A stretch of DNA of 61,843 bases, counting the filler. It is 4 parts of 4 records of this genome, joined end to end, with 100 filler letters (N's around TTAATTAATTAA, not from the genome) between each part and the next. Parts side by side here need not be neighbours in the genome. Positions count along the whole stretch, not along the records: positions 39,458 to 54,350 come from SRR31156797_3451; positions 54,451 to 61,843 come from SRR31156797_3461; 2 more parts are not named here. One strand, written 5' to 3'. Position 1 is the stretch's first letter. Each line of letters begins with the position of its first letter. This document shows, piece by piece, positions 51,907 through 61,843 of the stretch. The notes under the pieces are model-generated. The model searched no databases. It was not told the origin of the DNA and was given only the letters and a program-made list of their open reading frames with translations. Position numbers and translations under genes: made by a program.

Positions 51907-52006
51907 GAACTTGAAATATCAAAAAAAAGATCTAAAATAGCATCAGTTGTTAAGTCAATGGTAAATTGAATTATCTGTTGAAGGTAAAGTTAAATCTTAC
52001 TCTCAA

Positions 52007-52855
52007 CTATAAAAAATCTAGAAATTTTTTAACAACTTCTATGTTAAAAGAACTTTTCCTGTAATTAGCCCAAACTTTTCTAACAATAGGTTTTCCCGAT
52101 TTAGATTTAATGTTTTCGAAATAAATAGAATCATCAGCTTTAATAAATGAATCAGGGATAACAGCAATCCCAAGTCCTTCTGCAACCATTTTCTTGCAAG
52201 TGTCAATACTATCAACTCTCATACTAATTAGTGGCGGACTAGAGCTGTTTTCATACCACCAGTTATATAATAAAGTTTTATAAAGACTATTCATTGTAAA
52301 CTCTATCATTGGCGTTGATGATAGTTTTTTAAAGTCTTCAATTTTTTTATTAGATACTAAACAAAGATTTTCTTCTAAAATAACCCTTTTTTCTCCTTCC
52401 CAGCTATATCCTACATTTTCGATACCAATATGAATTTCATCTTTGCGAACTAAGTCCATAATTTCCGGACTTTTTAATGTTACCAATTGAATTTTAACTT
52501 TGGGATAATTTTGAACAAAATTCGATAGGATTTTAGGTAGCTTTGAATGTGCATAGTTATGTGGAGCACCTATTTTTAATGTCCCAGAGATTGTTTCATT
52601 CATATTTGAGACTTCTTCCTTCATAGCTGAAATATCTTTTAAAAATTTTTCGGCATATCTAACTAAGACTTCGCCTTGAGGTGTAAATTTTATTTTTCTA
52701 TTTTCTAGTATAAATATTTTTGCTTCAATTTCTTCTTCTAATCGACGAATCCTATAAGAAATAGCTGGTTGAGTAATATATAATTTTTTAGCAACAGTTC
52801 TTAAATTTTTCTCTTTGTATATTTCTTTCAATATTAAAAAATCTTTTTCTCCCAT
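52007..52855 (-). CDS. LysR-family transcriptional regulator
   Basis: AKKLYITQPAISYRIRRLEEE HTH, FTPQG and GLGIAVIP; ATG 52855 after AGGTGG. Confidence 0.93.
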   Translation of the reverse strand: MGEKDFLILKEIYKEKNLRTVAKKLYITQPAISYRIRRLEEEIEAKIFILENRKIKFTPQGEVLVRYAEKFLKDISAMKEEVSNMNETISGTLKIGAPHNYAHSKLPKILSNFVQNYPKVKIQLVTLKSPEIMDLVRKDEIHIGIENVGYSWEGEKRVILEENLCLVSNKKIEDFKKLSSTPMIEFTMNSLYKTLLYNWWYENSSSPPLISMRVDSIDTCKKMVAEGLGIAVIPDSFIKADDSIYFENIKSKSGKPIVRKVWANYRKSSFNIEVVKKFLDFL

Positions 52856-52868
52856 ATATCCCACCTAT

Positions 52869-52889
52869 TTGATTAATTTTTTTTATCAA
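52869..52889. promoter_or_regulatory. LysR-type T-N11-A operator
   Basis: TTGAT-N11-ATCAA perfect dyad between the divergent lysR and transporter genes. Confidence 0.6.
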
Positions 52890-52938
52890 TTTTGATTAAA
52901 AATTTAAATTTTTTTATTCAATATTATTATAGTATAAT

Positions 52939-54309
52939 ATGACTATAAAGCCAAGTGGTTATGAAAAATTTTTTAATTATAAAAATGGAGTGATTTATAT
53001 TAATATTAAAAACACTTATAAAGATCTAAAAAGAATTAAAGTTTTAGGAATATCAGGATTTATTTATATACCAATATTAGTAACTGTAATTATTACAATA
53101 TATTTAGACATTGTTCCAGATGAAATGATAGGAGCTTTAGCAGTGATGCTTATTGTAGGAGGAAGCTTTGGGTTTGTTGGAAATATTTTACCGTTTTGGA
53201 GAGATCTGGCAGGCGGAGGAATGACCCTTAGTTTAATAGGAGGTTCTTATCTTGTTTATTCTAATTTTTTGACAGCCAGTTCCTGCGATACTATTAATTA
53301 TTTTATGAAAACAACTAATTTTTTAAATTTTTATGCAGCAATATTATTAAGTGGAAGTATTCTTTCAATTAATAAGAAAATTATTCTGAAATCCTTTAAA
53401 AAATTTATTCCAATAATTCTAAGTGGTATGATTTTTTCAGCAGTTTTTGGAATTGTTATGGGATCTATTTTAGGAATTTCACTTAAAGAGATATTAATAT
53501 TTTACTTTTTGCCAATCATGGGTAGCGGTACAGGCACTGGAGCAATTCCGATGTCACAAGCATATAAATTTTACGGTGGTAATCCAGAAGAATTTTTATC
53601 AAGATCAATTCCAATTATTACTTTGGCTCTAATTATTTCAATTATAACTGGAGCTTTGCTTAATAGGCTTGGAGAATTAATGCCTCGTATTTCGGGTAAT
53701 GGAAAACTAATTAAATCTAATAGAACTTTAATAGATGAAGAAATGAAAAAGACAACAAAACTAAATCAAGAAGATTTGATTTCTGGATTAATTGTAATAT
53801 TTGCATTTTATTTTCTTGCAACATTTATTAGTATAAAAATTTTCAAACAATTTCAAATTCACACCTTTGCATGGATGGTTATTATTATTTCACTATTTCA
53901 TGTATTAGATATTATACCTAATAATATACGATTAGGTATTCGGAAAGCACAGGCTTTTTTTTCAGGAGAAATTTCTTGGGGACTTATGTTTGGAGTTGGA
54001 GTTACTTATGTAAACTTAGAAATCTTTATAAATTCTTTCACACTAATTAATCTAATAATGGTAATCACAATAGTAATTGGAGCTTTAATTGGTAGTAGTT
54101 TAACAGGATATTTATTAGGGTTTTATCCAATTGAGTCAGGAATAACTGCAGGTTTATGCATGGCAAATACTGGCGGTGCTGGTGACTTAGCTGTTTTAAG
54201 TGCTTCAAAGAGAATGTCTCTGTTTTCATGGGCTCAAATTTCGTCTAGAATTGGAGGGGCGATAATGCTAATAATAGCAAGTATGATAATGTCTTTTATG
54301 AATATTTAA
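52939..54309 (+). CDS. 2-hydroxycarboxylate transporter (2HCT; CitS/MaeN family); start uncertain
   Basis: LPIMGSGTGTGAIPMS, YPIESGITAGLCMANTGGAGDLAVLSASKRM and AQISSRIGG. Confidence 0.92.
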   Translation: MTIKPSGYEKFFNYKNGVIYINIKNTYKDLKRIKVLGISGFIYIPILVTVIITIYLDIVPDEMIGALAVMLIVGGSFGFVGNILPFWRDLAGGGMTLSLIGGSYLVYSNFLTASSCDTINYFMKTTNFLNFYAAILLSGSILSINKKIILKSFKKFIPIILSGMIFSAVFGIVMGSILGISLKEILIFYFLPIMGSGTGTGAIPMSQAYKFYGGNPEEFLSRSIPIITLALIISIITGALLNRLGELMPRISGNGKLIKSNRTLIDEEMKKTTKLNQEDLISGLIVIFAFYFLATFISIKIFKQFQIHTFAWMVIIISLFHVLDIIPNNIRLGIRKAQAFFSGEISWGLMFGVGVTYVNLEIFINSFTLINLIMVITIVIGALIGSSLTGYLLGFYPIESGITAGLCMANTGGAGDLAVLSASKRMSLFSWAQISSRIGGAIMLIIASMIMSFMNI

Positions 54310-54350
54310 TCGTGATTGAGTTAATTCTCCGCCCCTTGGGGCGAATTAAA

Positions 54351-54450
54351 NNNNNNNNNNNNNNNNNNNNNNNNNNNNNNNNNNNNNNNNNNNNTTAATT
54401 AATTAANNNNNNNNNNNNNNNNNNNNNNNNNNNNNNNNNNNNNNNNNNNN
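54351..54450. other. Artificial contig-joining spacer
   Basis: N44-TTAATTAATTAA-N44. Confidence 0.99.
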
Positions 54451-54539
54451 GAAACAATAACCGACATCGAATAATCGATATAGGCTGACTTCATTTCCTC
54501 TTCTATATTGATACGTATAATTCTCTCTCCCGTAGTCAT
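54451..54539 (-). CDS. gyrA: DNA gyrase subunit A, 5' end only
   Basis: MTTGERIIRINIEEEMKSAYIDYSMSVIV; divergent from clpC. Confidence 0.92.
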
Positions 54540-54832
54540 CTATTTTTAATTTAAAATTCTACACTTTTATCAGATCTACAAAAGTAACAAAATAAGTGAT
54601 TTTTGCGTAAGAAAAGGAGCTATATTTAAAGACAGATTAAGATAAATATTAAAGCTTTTTGTATTATAGCTTGATTACTAGTTTAATTCCTATTCTATTT
54701 GAATTCTTATTCAAAAATAGATTGATATTTTAGGCTTATATGTAATAAATTTTCTTTATTTTAATGTTGCTTTTATTTATTCAGCCTAGAAATTGAATAT
54801 TATCACAAAATAAAAATTTAAAGACCTACTAT

Positions 54833-57340
54833 ATGGATTCAAAATTTTCACCTCGTATAAAGGATGTTCTATCCTATAGCAAAGAAGAAGCCGAAAGGCT
54901 TGGCAATAGTGCGATAGGTACTGAACATTTATTTTTAGGGATCCTTCGTGAAGGTGAAGGAATTGCCGTAGACATTCTTATTTCTTTAGGAGTTGACCTT
55001 TATGATATTCGAAAAAACATCGAAAAAGAGATCAAATCGGATACTATCACAGATTTAGATCAGAACAACATCCCCCTTCAAAGATCTGCCGAAAGAGTTC
55101 TAAAGTTAATTTATCTTGAAGCAAAAGCTTTAAAGAACAACACTATAGACACAAGTCATCTACTACTTGCCATTTTAAAAGATGACAAGAGTATGGTCAC
55201 ACAAATTTTAGACGACCAAACTATTGATTATAACAAAGTTAAAGAGAATTTAAAAACTCTTTTCCCAAAAGCTCAAGCTGATTATCCACCAGAAGATCGT
55301 GGAGAAGGAAAAGGTGGCTTATCTGGAGGTAGTAGCTCAAAAGGTGCAAGTGCCAGAGGTAAATCCGAAACTCCGGTGCTCGATAACTTTGGTATCGATA
55401 TTACTAAATCTGCTGAAGAAGGAACTTTGGATCCTATCGTTGGTAGAGAAACCGAAATTGAACGGTTGGCGCAAATATTAAGTCGAAGAAAAAAGAACAA
55501 TCCAATTCTAATTGGAGAACCAGGTGTTGGTAAATCTGCTATTGCAGAAGGTCTGGCCTTACGAATTGTTCAGAAAAAAGTGTCGCGTGTTCTATTTGGG
55601 AAACGCGTGGTTACTCTTGATTTAGCTTCCATTGTTGCGGGAACTAAGTACAGAGGACAGTTTGAAGAAAGGATGAAGGCTATTTTAAATGAACTATCAA
55701 AAACTACTGATATTATTTTGTTTATCGATGAAATTCACACTATTGTAGGTGCGGGTGGTGCAACCGGATCACTTGATGCTGCCAACATGCTTAAACCAGC
55801 ATTGGCTCGCGGTGAAATTCAATGTATTGGTGCTACTACTCTTGATGAGTACAGACAAAATATCGAAAAAGACGGTGCATTAGAGCGTCGTTTTCAAAAG
55901 ATTATGGTAGAACCAACTTCCCCTGAGGAAACGGTTGAAATCCTAAACAATATTAAAGAAAGATACGAAGATCATCACAATGTATTTTACACTCCTGAAG
56001 CAATTGAATCTTGTGTAAAATTAACTTCAAGATATATAAGTGACAGATATCTTCCAGACAAAGCAATTGATGCTTTAGATGAAGCTGGGTCAAGAGTTCA
56101 TATTTCTAACATTCATGTTCCTGTTATTATTGAGGAATTAGAAAAGAAAATTGAAGATACTCGTCAAAGCAAAATTAAAGCCGTTAAGGCTCAGAAGTTT
56201 GAGTTAGCAGCTAGTTTCAGAGACAAGGAGAAAAACTTTGCTGAGGATCTTGAAAAAGAAAAAGACAAGTGGGAACAGGAACTGAGTCAAAAGAAAGAAA
56301 AAGTTTCTGAAGAAGATATTGCTGAAGTTGTTGCAATGATGACTGGTGTTCCGGTTAAAAGAATTGCACAAGCTGAAGGCTCTCGCCTACTTCAAATGAA
56401 TATAGAACTGCAAGGCAAAGTAATTGGTCAAGATGACGCTATTGGCAAAATTGTAAAAGCAATTCAACGAAATCGCGCAGGACTTAAAGATCCTAACAAG
56501 CCAATTGGAACATTTATTTTCCTTGGACCAACAGGTGTAGGAAAAACTCAATTGGCCAAAGTTCTTTCAGAGTATTTATTCGATAGTTCAGATGCCTTAA
56601 TACGTATCGATATGAGTGAATACATGGAAAAATTTGCGGTGTCGAGATTGGTTGGAGCTCCTCCAGGATATGTTGGCTACGAAGAAGGTGGCCAATTGAC
56701 TGAAAAAGTTAGAAGAAAGCCATACTCGGTTGTACTTCTTGACGAGATCGAAAAGGCTCACCCTGATGTATTTAATATTTTACTTCAACTATTAGATGAT
56801 GGTCAATTAACGGATAGTTTAGGACGAAGAGTTGACTTTAAAAACTCTATTATTATCATGACATCAAATATTGGTAGTCGTGAATTGAAAGATTTTGGAA
56901 AAGGAATTGGTTTCCAGACTGGAGGAAACGAATCGAATGATTATGCAAGTAGCATTATTCAAAAGGCATTGAAAAAAGCATTTGCTCCTGAATTTTTGAA
57001 TAGAATCGATGATTTAATCATGTTTAATTCTCTAACTCAAAAAGATATTCATAAAATTATTGATATCGAACTTAATGGTTTATACAAACGAGTTCAAGAC
57101 TTAGGATTCAACATTAAAATTTCCACAGCTGCGAAAGATTTTATCGCAGAGAAAGGATACGATGTTCAGTTTGGTGCAAGACCTTTAAAGAGAGCAATTC
57201 AGAAGTACCTTGAGGATGAGATGGCTGAGGTTATTATAAAAGCCAGCATCTCTGAAGGTGACACAATTTCTGTAGGTTTAGATAAAACAAAACAGAAAAT
57301 AACAACTAAAATATTAAAAACTCAAAAAGCACTTGAGTAA
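54833..57340 (+). CDS. clpC: ATP-dependent Clp protease ATP-binding subunit ClpC
   Basis: Clp N repeats, GEPGVGKS, a short UVR middle domain, GPTGVGKT and a GIGF ClpP-docking loop. Confidence 0.95.
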   Translation: MDSKFSPRIKDVLSYSKEEAERLGNSAIGTEHLFLGILREGEGIAVDILISLGVDLYDIRKNIEKEIKSDTITDLDQNNIPLQRSAERVLKLIYLEAKALKNNTIDTSHLLLAILKDDKSMVTQILDDQTIDYNKVKENLKTLFPKAQADYPPEDRGEGKGGLSGGSSSKGASARGKSETPVLDNFGIDITKSAEEGTLDPIVGRETEIERLAQILSRRKKNNPILIGEPGVGKSAIAEGLALRIVQKKVSRVLFGKRVVTLDLASIVAGTKYRGQFEERMKAILNELSKTTDIILFIDEIHTIVGAGGATGSLDAANMLKPALARGEIQCIGATTLDEYRQNIEKDGALERRFQKIMVEPTSPEETVEILNNIKERYEDHHNVFYTPEAIESCVKLTSRYISDRYLPDKAIDALDEAGSRVHISNIHVPVIIEELEKKIEDTRQSKIKAVKAQKFELAASFRDKEKNFAEDLEKEKDKWEQELSQKKEKVSEEDIAEVVAMMTGVPVKRIAQAEGSRLLQMNIELQGKVIGQDDAIGKIVKAIQRNRAGLKDPNKPIGTFIFLGPTGVGKTQLAKVLSEYLFDSSDALIRIDMSEYMEKFAVSRLVGAPPGYVGYEEGGQLTEKVRRKPYSVVLLDEIEKAHPDVFNILLQLLDDGQLTDSLGRRVDFKNSIIIMTSNIGSRELKDFGKGIGFQTGGNESNDYASSIIQKALKKAFAPEFLNRIDDLIMFNSLTQKDIHKIIDIELNGLYKRVQDLGFNIKISTAAKDFIAEKGYDVQFGARPLKRAIQKYLEDEMAEVIIKASISEGDTISVGLDKTKQKITTKILKTQKALE

Positions 57341-57460
57341 ATAATTAACCGGAGTTCTCTCCGGTTTTTTTTATGCTTTTTTAAGAGCAAATTCATATTT
57401 TTTATTTAGAAAGAATCAAAACAATTTCTATCTTTGGTTGAAAATACAAAATACATAATT

Positions 57461-57976
57461 ATGCAAAAAAATAATAACAAAGTAACATTCGCAGGAAACG
57501 CAATGACTTTAGTAGGAAACGAAATCAACACAGGAGTAAAAGCAGAAAATTTTACAGCTTTAGGTCAGGATTTATCTCCAGTTCAACTTTCTGATTTTGA
57601 TGGAAAAGTAAAAATTCTTTCTATTTTCCCTTCAATTGATACTGGTGTTTGCTCTGCTCAAACTCATAGATTCAATAAGGAAGCTGCTTCTCTTGATAAA
57701 GAGATACAAATCATTACCTTATCAAATGATTTACCATTCGCATTGGGGCGTTTTTGTGGTGCCGAAGGAATTAAAAATCTTGTTACACTTTCGGATCATA
57801 AAGAATGTGATTTCGGATACAAGTATGGTTTTGTTGTTGAAGAACTGCGTTTATTAGCAAGAGGTGTTGTTGTTATCGACAAAAACAACGAAGTTAAGCA
57901 CGTTGAGTATGTTGCAGAAATGACTGAAGAACCAAACTACGAAGCTGCTCTTGAAGTTGCTAAAACTTTGGTATAA
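57461..57976 (+). CDS. tpx: Thiol peroxidase (atypical 2-Cys peroxiredoxin)
   Basis: FPSIDTGVC, DLPFALGRFC and PNYEAAL. Confidence 0.95.
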   Translation: MQKNNNKVTFAGNAMTLVGNEINTGVKAENFTALGQDLSPVQLSDFDGKVKILSIFPSIDTGVCSAQTHRFNKEAASLDKEIQIITLSNDLPFALGRFCGAEGIKNLVTLSDHKECDFGYKYGFVVEELRLLARGVVVIDKNNEVKHVEYVAEMTEEPNYEAALEVAKTLV

Positions 57977-58035
57977 TCTTATTGCTATAATAATATTTAC
58001 AAGCTCCTTCGGGAGCTTTTTTCAAATGGAATTGT

Positions 58036-58626
58036 ATGTATTTATTTTTTGACACAGAAACTACAGGCTTACCAAAAAACTGGAGTGCTCCAGTTACCGA
58101 TCTTGACAATTGGCCAAGACTGGTACAATTGGCCTGGCTGCTTTACGATGGTAAAAATCAGGAAATTAAAAGCGCTGACAGGATAATTATACCCGAGGGC
58201 TTCATTATTCCTACGGAAGCATCAAATGTGCATGGAATTTCAACCAAGAGAGCTCATGAAGAAGGTATTGAATTAACAGATGCTCTCAATGAATTCTCTT
58301 CAGCTCTGGAAGAAGCTAATTTTTTAATTGCTCACAACATTAGTTTTGATGAGAAGATTGCAGGTGCAGAATTTATTCGTAAGAATATTTCAGGCAAATT
58401 AGATACTATTCCTAAAATATGCACCATGAAAACTACCACCAATATTTGTAAAATTCCTGGTCGTTACGGTTACAAATGGCCCAACCTAACTGAATTACAC
58501 GAACACCTTTTTAATACAGGATTCGATGGTGCTCACGATGCTTTGACTGACGTAAAAGCCTGTGCAGATTGCTTCTTTGAATTAAAGAAAACGGGCATGT
58601 ATCAACAACAAGGGAGTTTATTTTAA
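58036..58626 (+). CDS. DEDDh 3'-5' exonuclease (DnaQ/epsilon-like)
   Basis: FDTETTG, AHNISFD and AHDALTD. Confidence 0.92.
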   Translation: MYLFFDTETTGLPKNWSAPVTDLDNWPRLVQLAWLLYDGKNQEIKSADRIIIPEGFIIPTEASNVHGISTKRAHEEGIELTDALNEFSSALEEANFLIAHNISFDEKIAGAEFIRKNISGKLDTIPKICTMKTTTNICKIPGRYGYKWPNLTELHEHLFNTGFDGAHDALTDVKACADCFFELKKTGMYQQQGSLF

Positions 58627-58678
58627 TCTAAATTATCTTTTGGGAATTGTACACATAAATAGCTTTTAGTATTAAATA

Positions 58679-58713
58679 AATAGGTCATTTGTAATTGATA
58701 CAAATGACCTATT
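58679..58713. terminator. Bidirectional hairpin between the convergent exonuclease gene and rimO
   Basis: AATAGGTCATTTGTA-ATTGA-TACAAATGACCTATT. Confidence 0.75.
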
Positions 58714-58739
58714 CTATATATATTAAAATTAATGTAGCG

Positions 58740-60038
58740 CTATTTCACAATTCCAAACAGATCGTAATCTTCACAATCGGTGATTTCAACATTATAATAT
58801 GCTCCAATTTTTAACTCTCCATTTTCTGCAGCAATTAAAACTTCCGGATCAACTTCATAGGAATCGAATTCTGTTCTTCCGTAATAGTAGTCACCTTCTT
58901 TTCGATCTATTACAACCTTCATCTCTTCACCCAAACGTTTTTTGTTTGCTTCCATGCTAATATCCTGCTGAATTAACATGATCTCCTCTTTCCTTCTCTC
59001 CTTCTCTTCTTCAGGAATGTTATCTTCGTAGTTTATAGCAGCATAAGTATCCTCTTCGTTAGAGTATGGAAATACGCCTAAACGCTCAAATTTCATCTCT
59101 TGCACGAAACTTTTCAAATCTTCCATATCTGCCTCAGTTTCACCAGGATGTCCAACTAACATTGTAGTTCTTAGTGTAATTCCAGGAACTTCTTCTCTTA
59201 TTTGCTTGATAAGATCAATGGTTTTCTCTCGATCAATACCTCTTCGCATCAATTTTAACATGTTGTCACTTGAATGCTGCAAGGCTATGTCCAGGTAGCG
59301 GCAAACTTTTGGATTCTCACGCATCAATTTCAATATCCCGTAAGGAAATTGAGTTGGATAGGCATAATGAAGTTTGATCCACTCCAATCCTTCAATCTTC
59401 GAAAGTTCTTCAATAAGCTCCGCTAATTTCGATTCATCGTATAAATCGTATCCGTAATAAGAAAGATCTTGTGCGATAACCAACAATTCTTTAACTCCTT
59501 CAGAAACTAAATTTCTTGCTTCTTCCAATATGTCTTCAATAGGACGAGATGTATGTTTTCCGGTAATGATAGGAATTGCACAATAGGAACAGGATCGATT
59601 ACAACCCTCTGATATTTTAAGGTAGGCAAAATGTTTCGGAGTTGTAACAACTCGCAAGTTTTTAAAATCAGGAATATAATTCTTGTTTAACTCCTTTACC
59701 ATGGCTTTCCAATCGAATTTACCAAAGTAATGATCAACTTCAGGGATTTCCTCCTTCAATTGTTCTCTATATCGCTCCGAAAGACACCCCATTACAAACA
59801 ACTTATCAATTCTTCCGTCCTTCTTCGCCTCTACATATTGCAAAATAGTATCAACTGATTCCTCTTTTGCATCACCAATAAATCCACAGGTATTAATAAT
59901 GATTGTTTTGGCATCACTGTTCTCCTCCTCGCAGGTTACCTCAAATAGATTTGCATCCAATTGTTTCATCAACAATTCTGTATCAACCAAATTTTTAGAA
60001 CACCCAAGGCTTACGATATTGATTTTATTTTGACTCAT
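58740..60038 (-). CDS. rimO: Ribosomal protein S12 methylthiotransferase
   Basis: SLGCSKNLVD, NTCGFI, EGCNRSCSYC and a TRAM domain. Confidence 0.96.
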   Translation of the reverse strand: MSQNKINIVSLGCSKNLVDTELLMKQLDANLFEVTCEEENSDAKTIIINTCGFIGDAKEESVDTILQYVEAKKDGRIDKLFVMGCLSERYREQLKEEIPEVDHYFGKFDWKAMVKELNKNYIPDFKNLRVVTTPKHFAYLKISEGCNRSCSYCAIPIITGKHTSRPIEDILEEARNLVSEGVKELLVIAQDLSYYGYDLYDESKLAELIEELSKIEGLEWIKLHYAYPTQFPYGILKLMRENPKVCRYLDIALQHSSDNMLKLMRRGIDREKTIDLIKQIREEVPGITLRTTMLVGHPGETEADMEDLKSFVQEMKFERLGVFPYSNEEDTYAAINYEDNIPEEEKERRKEEIMLIQQDISMEANKKRLGEEMKVVIDRKEGDYYYGRTEFDSYEVDPEVLIAAENGELKIGAYYNVEITDCEDYDLFGIVK

Positions 60039-60173
60039 ATAACGATTTCTTTCTCAAATTAAATTTTGGCAAAAATAAGATAAATTACTCTTTATTCCAC
60101 CCTTGCCTGGATATTAAAACAGAAAAGGCTGCCAAATCTGACAGCCTTTCTTATATTTTATCACAAAATGATA

Positions 60174-61124
60174 TTAATCAAATAATGAATCAACAAATCC
60201 ATTGCGATTAAACACTTGCAAATCTTCCATACCTTCTCCAATTCCAATATATTTTACCGGAACTTTAAATTGATCGGACACACCAATCACAACGCCACCT
60301 TTTGCTGTTCCATCAAGCTTTGTAATTGCCAGAGCATTAACTTCAGTAGCTTTTGTGAATTGCTTAGCTTGCTCGAAGGCATTCTGCCCAGTCGATCCAT
60401 CAAGAACCAAAAGAATTTCATTTGGCGCATCAGGAATAACCCTATCCATAACACGCTTAATCTTACTCAACTCATTCATCAAGTTGATTTTGTTATGCAA
60501 ACGACCAGCTGTATCAATTATTACAACATCCGAGCCTTCTTCCTTAGCCTTTGTAAGAGTTTCAAAAGCAACAGACGCTGGATCAGCACCCATTCCCTGA
60601 TTTACCACAGGAACACCAACACGCTCCGACCAAATGATTAATTGGTCGACTGCTGCTGCGCGAAAAGTATCAGCAGCACCAAGCATTACCTTTTTTCCAG
60701 CATTCTTGAACTGATGAGCTAACTTTCCTATAGTAGTTGTTTTACCAACACCGTTTACTCCAACAACCATAATAACATATGGATGATCGGATTTTGGTAA
60801 TTGATAAGCTTCGTAATCTCCTTTATTATTTTCCTCAAGTAATCCAGCAATCTCCTCCTTAAGAATTCGATTTAACTCCGATGTACCTAAGAATTTATCT
60901 TCTGCAACACGTTCTTCAATACGCTCAATGATTTTTAATGTTGTATCAACGCCAACATCAGAAGAAATTAACACTTCCTCTAACTCGTCAAGAACATCAT
61001 CATCAACGGTAGATTTGCCAACAACAGCTCTGGAAAGTTTTTTAAATACACTTTCCTTTGTTTTGGCAAGCCCTTTATTAAGATTTTCCTTTTTCGATTT
61101 CGAAAAACTTCCAAATAATCCCAT
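60174..61124 (-). CDS. ftsY: SRP receptor FtsY
   Basis: [22 protein letters not shown] and [10 protein letters not shown]. Confidence 0.97.
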   Translation of the reverse strand: MGLFGSFSKSKKENLNKGLAKTKESVFKKLSRAVVGKSTVDDDVLDELEEVLISSDVGVDTTLKIIERIEERVAEDKFLGTSELNRILKEEIAGLLEENNKGDYEAYQLPKSDHPYVIMVVGVNGVGKTTTIGKLAHQFKNAGKKVMLGAADTFRAAAVDQLIIWSERVGVPVVNQGMGADPASVAFETLTKAKEEGSDVVIIDTAGRLHNKINLMNELSKIKRVMDRVIPDAPNEILLVLDGSTGQNAFEQAKQFTKATEVNALAITKLDGTAKGGVVIGVSDQFKVPVKYIGIGEGMEDLQVFNRNGFVDSLFD

Positions 61125-61285
61125 TCTTCTTAAATTTTTAGGTTGCTAAAGTACAAAAAAAGGAACACACAAGCAATTAACAATAAATGATTTAAATTAA
61201 AACAGTAAAAGTTTTAATTTAAGATATAAAAAAAGCTTCCTAAAACATTAGGAAGCTTTTTAAATTCAGTATAATATGAATGTCT

Positions 61286-61441
61286 TTACTTTTTAGCAAA
61301 GAAATCCTTTACGTTCTCGTTAGGAACAATCTCTTCTTTAAAAGAGTATGAACCATTTTTAGGTGATTTTACCATTTTGATTACTTTAGCGTAACCACGG
61401 CCTTCACCTTTTTGTAGGGATGCTACTACTTTCTTAGCCAT
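61286..61441 (-). CDS. DUF4295 family small protein (51 aa)
   Basis: Not in the ORF track. MAKKVVASLQKGEGRGYAKVIKMVKSPKNGSYSFKEE...; usual Bacteroidota position between rpmG and ftsY. Confidence 0.9.
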   Translation of the reverse strand: MAKKVVASLQKGEGRGYAKVIKMVKSPKNGSYSFKEEIVPNENVKDFFAKK

Positions 61442-61448
61442 ATCTCAA

Positions 61449-61631
61449 TTATTTAATTTCTCTGTGAACAGTTACTTTCTTCAAAATAGGATTGTACTTC
61501 TTCAACTCCATACGATCTGGAGTGTTCTTCTTATTTTTAGTGGAGATATATCTTGAAGTACCTGGCATACCGCTTTCTTTATGCTCGGTGCACTCAAGAA
61601 TTACTTGCACTCTATTACCTTTTTTAGCCAT
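61449..61631 (-). CDS. rpmG: 50S ribosomal protein L33
   Basis: [12 protein letters not shown]...[17 protein letters not shown]. Confidence 0.97.
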   Translation of the reverse strand: MAKKGNRVQVILECTEHKESGMPGTSRYISTKNKKNTPDRMELKKYNPILKKVTVHREIK

Positions 61632-61644
61632 TTTCTATGCCTTT

Positions 61645-61843
61645 TTAATAATTTTTAATAAATCCTTTTTCTTGAGCTTTTTTCAATGCACCATTCACAC
61701 CTAATTTATTAATTAGACGAACTCCAGCAGCAGAAACTTTTAACTCAATCCAGCGATCCTCTTCAGGAAGATAGAACTTCTTCACGAAAAGATTTGGATA
61801 GAATCTTCTCTTAGTTCTTCTTTTTGAGTGAGAAACATTGTTC
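61645..61843 (-). CDS. rpmB: 50S ribosomal protein L28, 5' end outside the window
   Basis: [37 protein letters not shown]...KNY*. Confidence 0.95.
   Translation of the reverse strand, partial: NNVSHSKRRTKRRFYPNLFVKKFYLPEEDRWIELKVSAAGVRLINKLGVNGALKKAQEKGFIKNY

Noticed and set aside
26199..54406. TTAATTAATTAA recurring three times as a biological repeat or CRISPR-like unit
   Set aside because: It is always centred in 44+44 Ns, so it is a synthetic six-frame stop linker.

Overview
This window is not one genomic locus. It is four unrelated contigs joined by three identical artificial 100-nt spacers (N44-TTAATTAATTAA-N44 at 26155-26254, 39358-39457 and 54351-54450). Segment 1 (1-26154) is Desulfovibrionaceae-like: the hmcABCDEF electron-transfer operon, a ROK-associated amino-sugar (GlcNAc/MurNAc) uptake and catabolism cluster, ada-alkA/ogt, an MCP, a hybrid histidine kinase and the 3' end of a tRNA-Ser. 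Segment 2 (26255-39357) is mid-GC and probably another anaerobe: a moxR-DUF58-DUF4381-batA-batB operon, a frameshifted hemerythrin, a YtnP-like MBL hydrolase, ltaE, a HAD hydrolase, an EamA transporter, pta and an Fe-ADH. Segment 3 (39458-54350) is very AT-rich: MarR, a decayed kinase/AAA-GAF-GGDEF sensor, a nonsense-interrupted DUF1624 gene, REC-GGDEF, a 1985-aa pseudokinase-AAA-GAF-HK-REC sensor, a Tn3-family relic with a terminal inverted repeat, and a LysR with a 2-hydroxycarboxylate transporter. Segment 4 (54451-61843) is a Bacteroidota housekeeping region: gyrA 5' end, clpC, tpx, a DEDDh exonuclease, rimO, ftsY, DUF4295, rpmG and rpmB. I found no CRISPR array, prophage or intact mobile element, and nothing I can call a wholly new system. 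The best leads are a 14-heme HmcA with coordinated loss of two heme sites, the amino-sugar cluster with a divergent MurQ in a sulfate reducer, the decaying STAND/c-di-GMP sensor cluster beside the Tn3 relic, and a stand-alone exonuclease ending in a clamp-binding-like motif. All comparisons with reference proteins are from memory and were not run.
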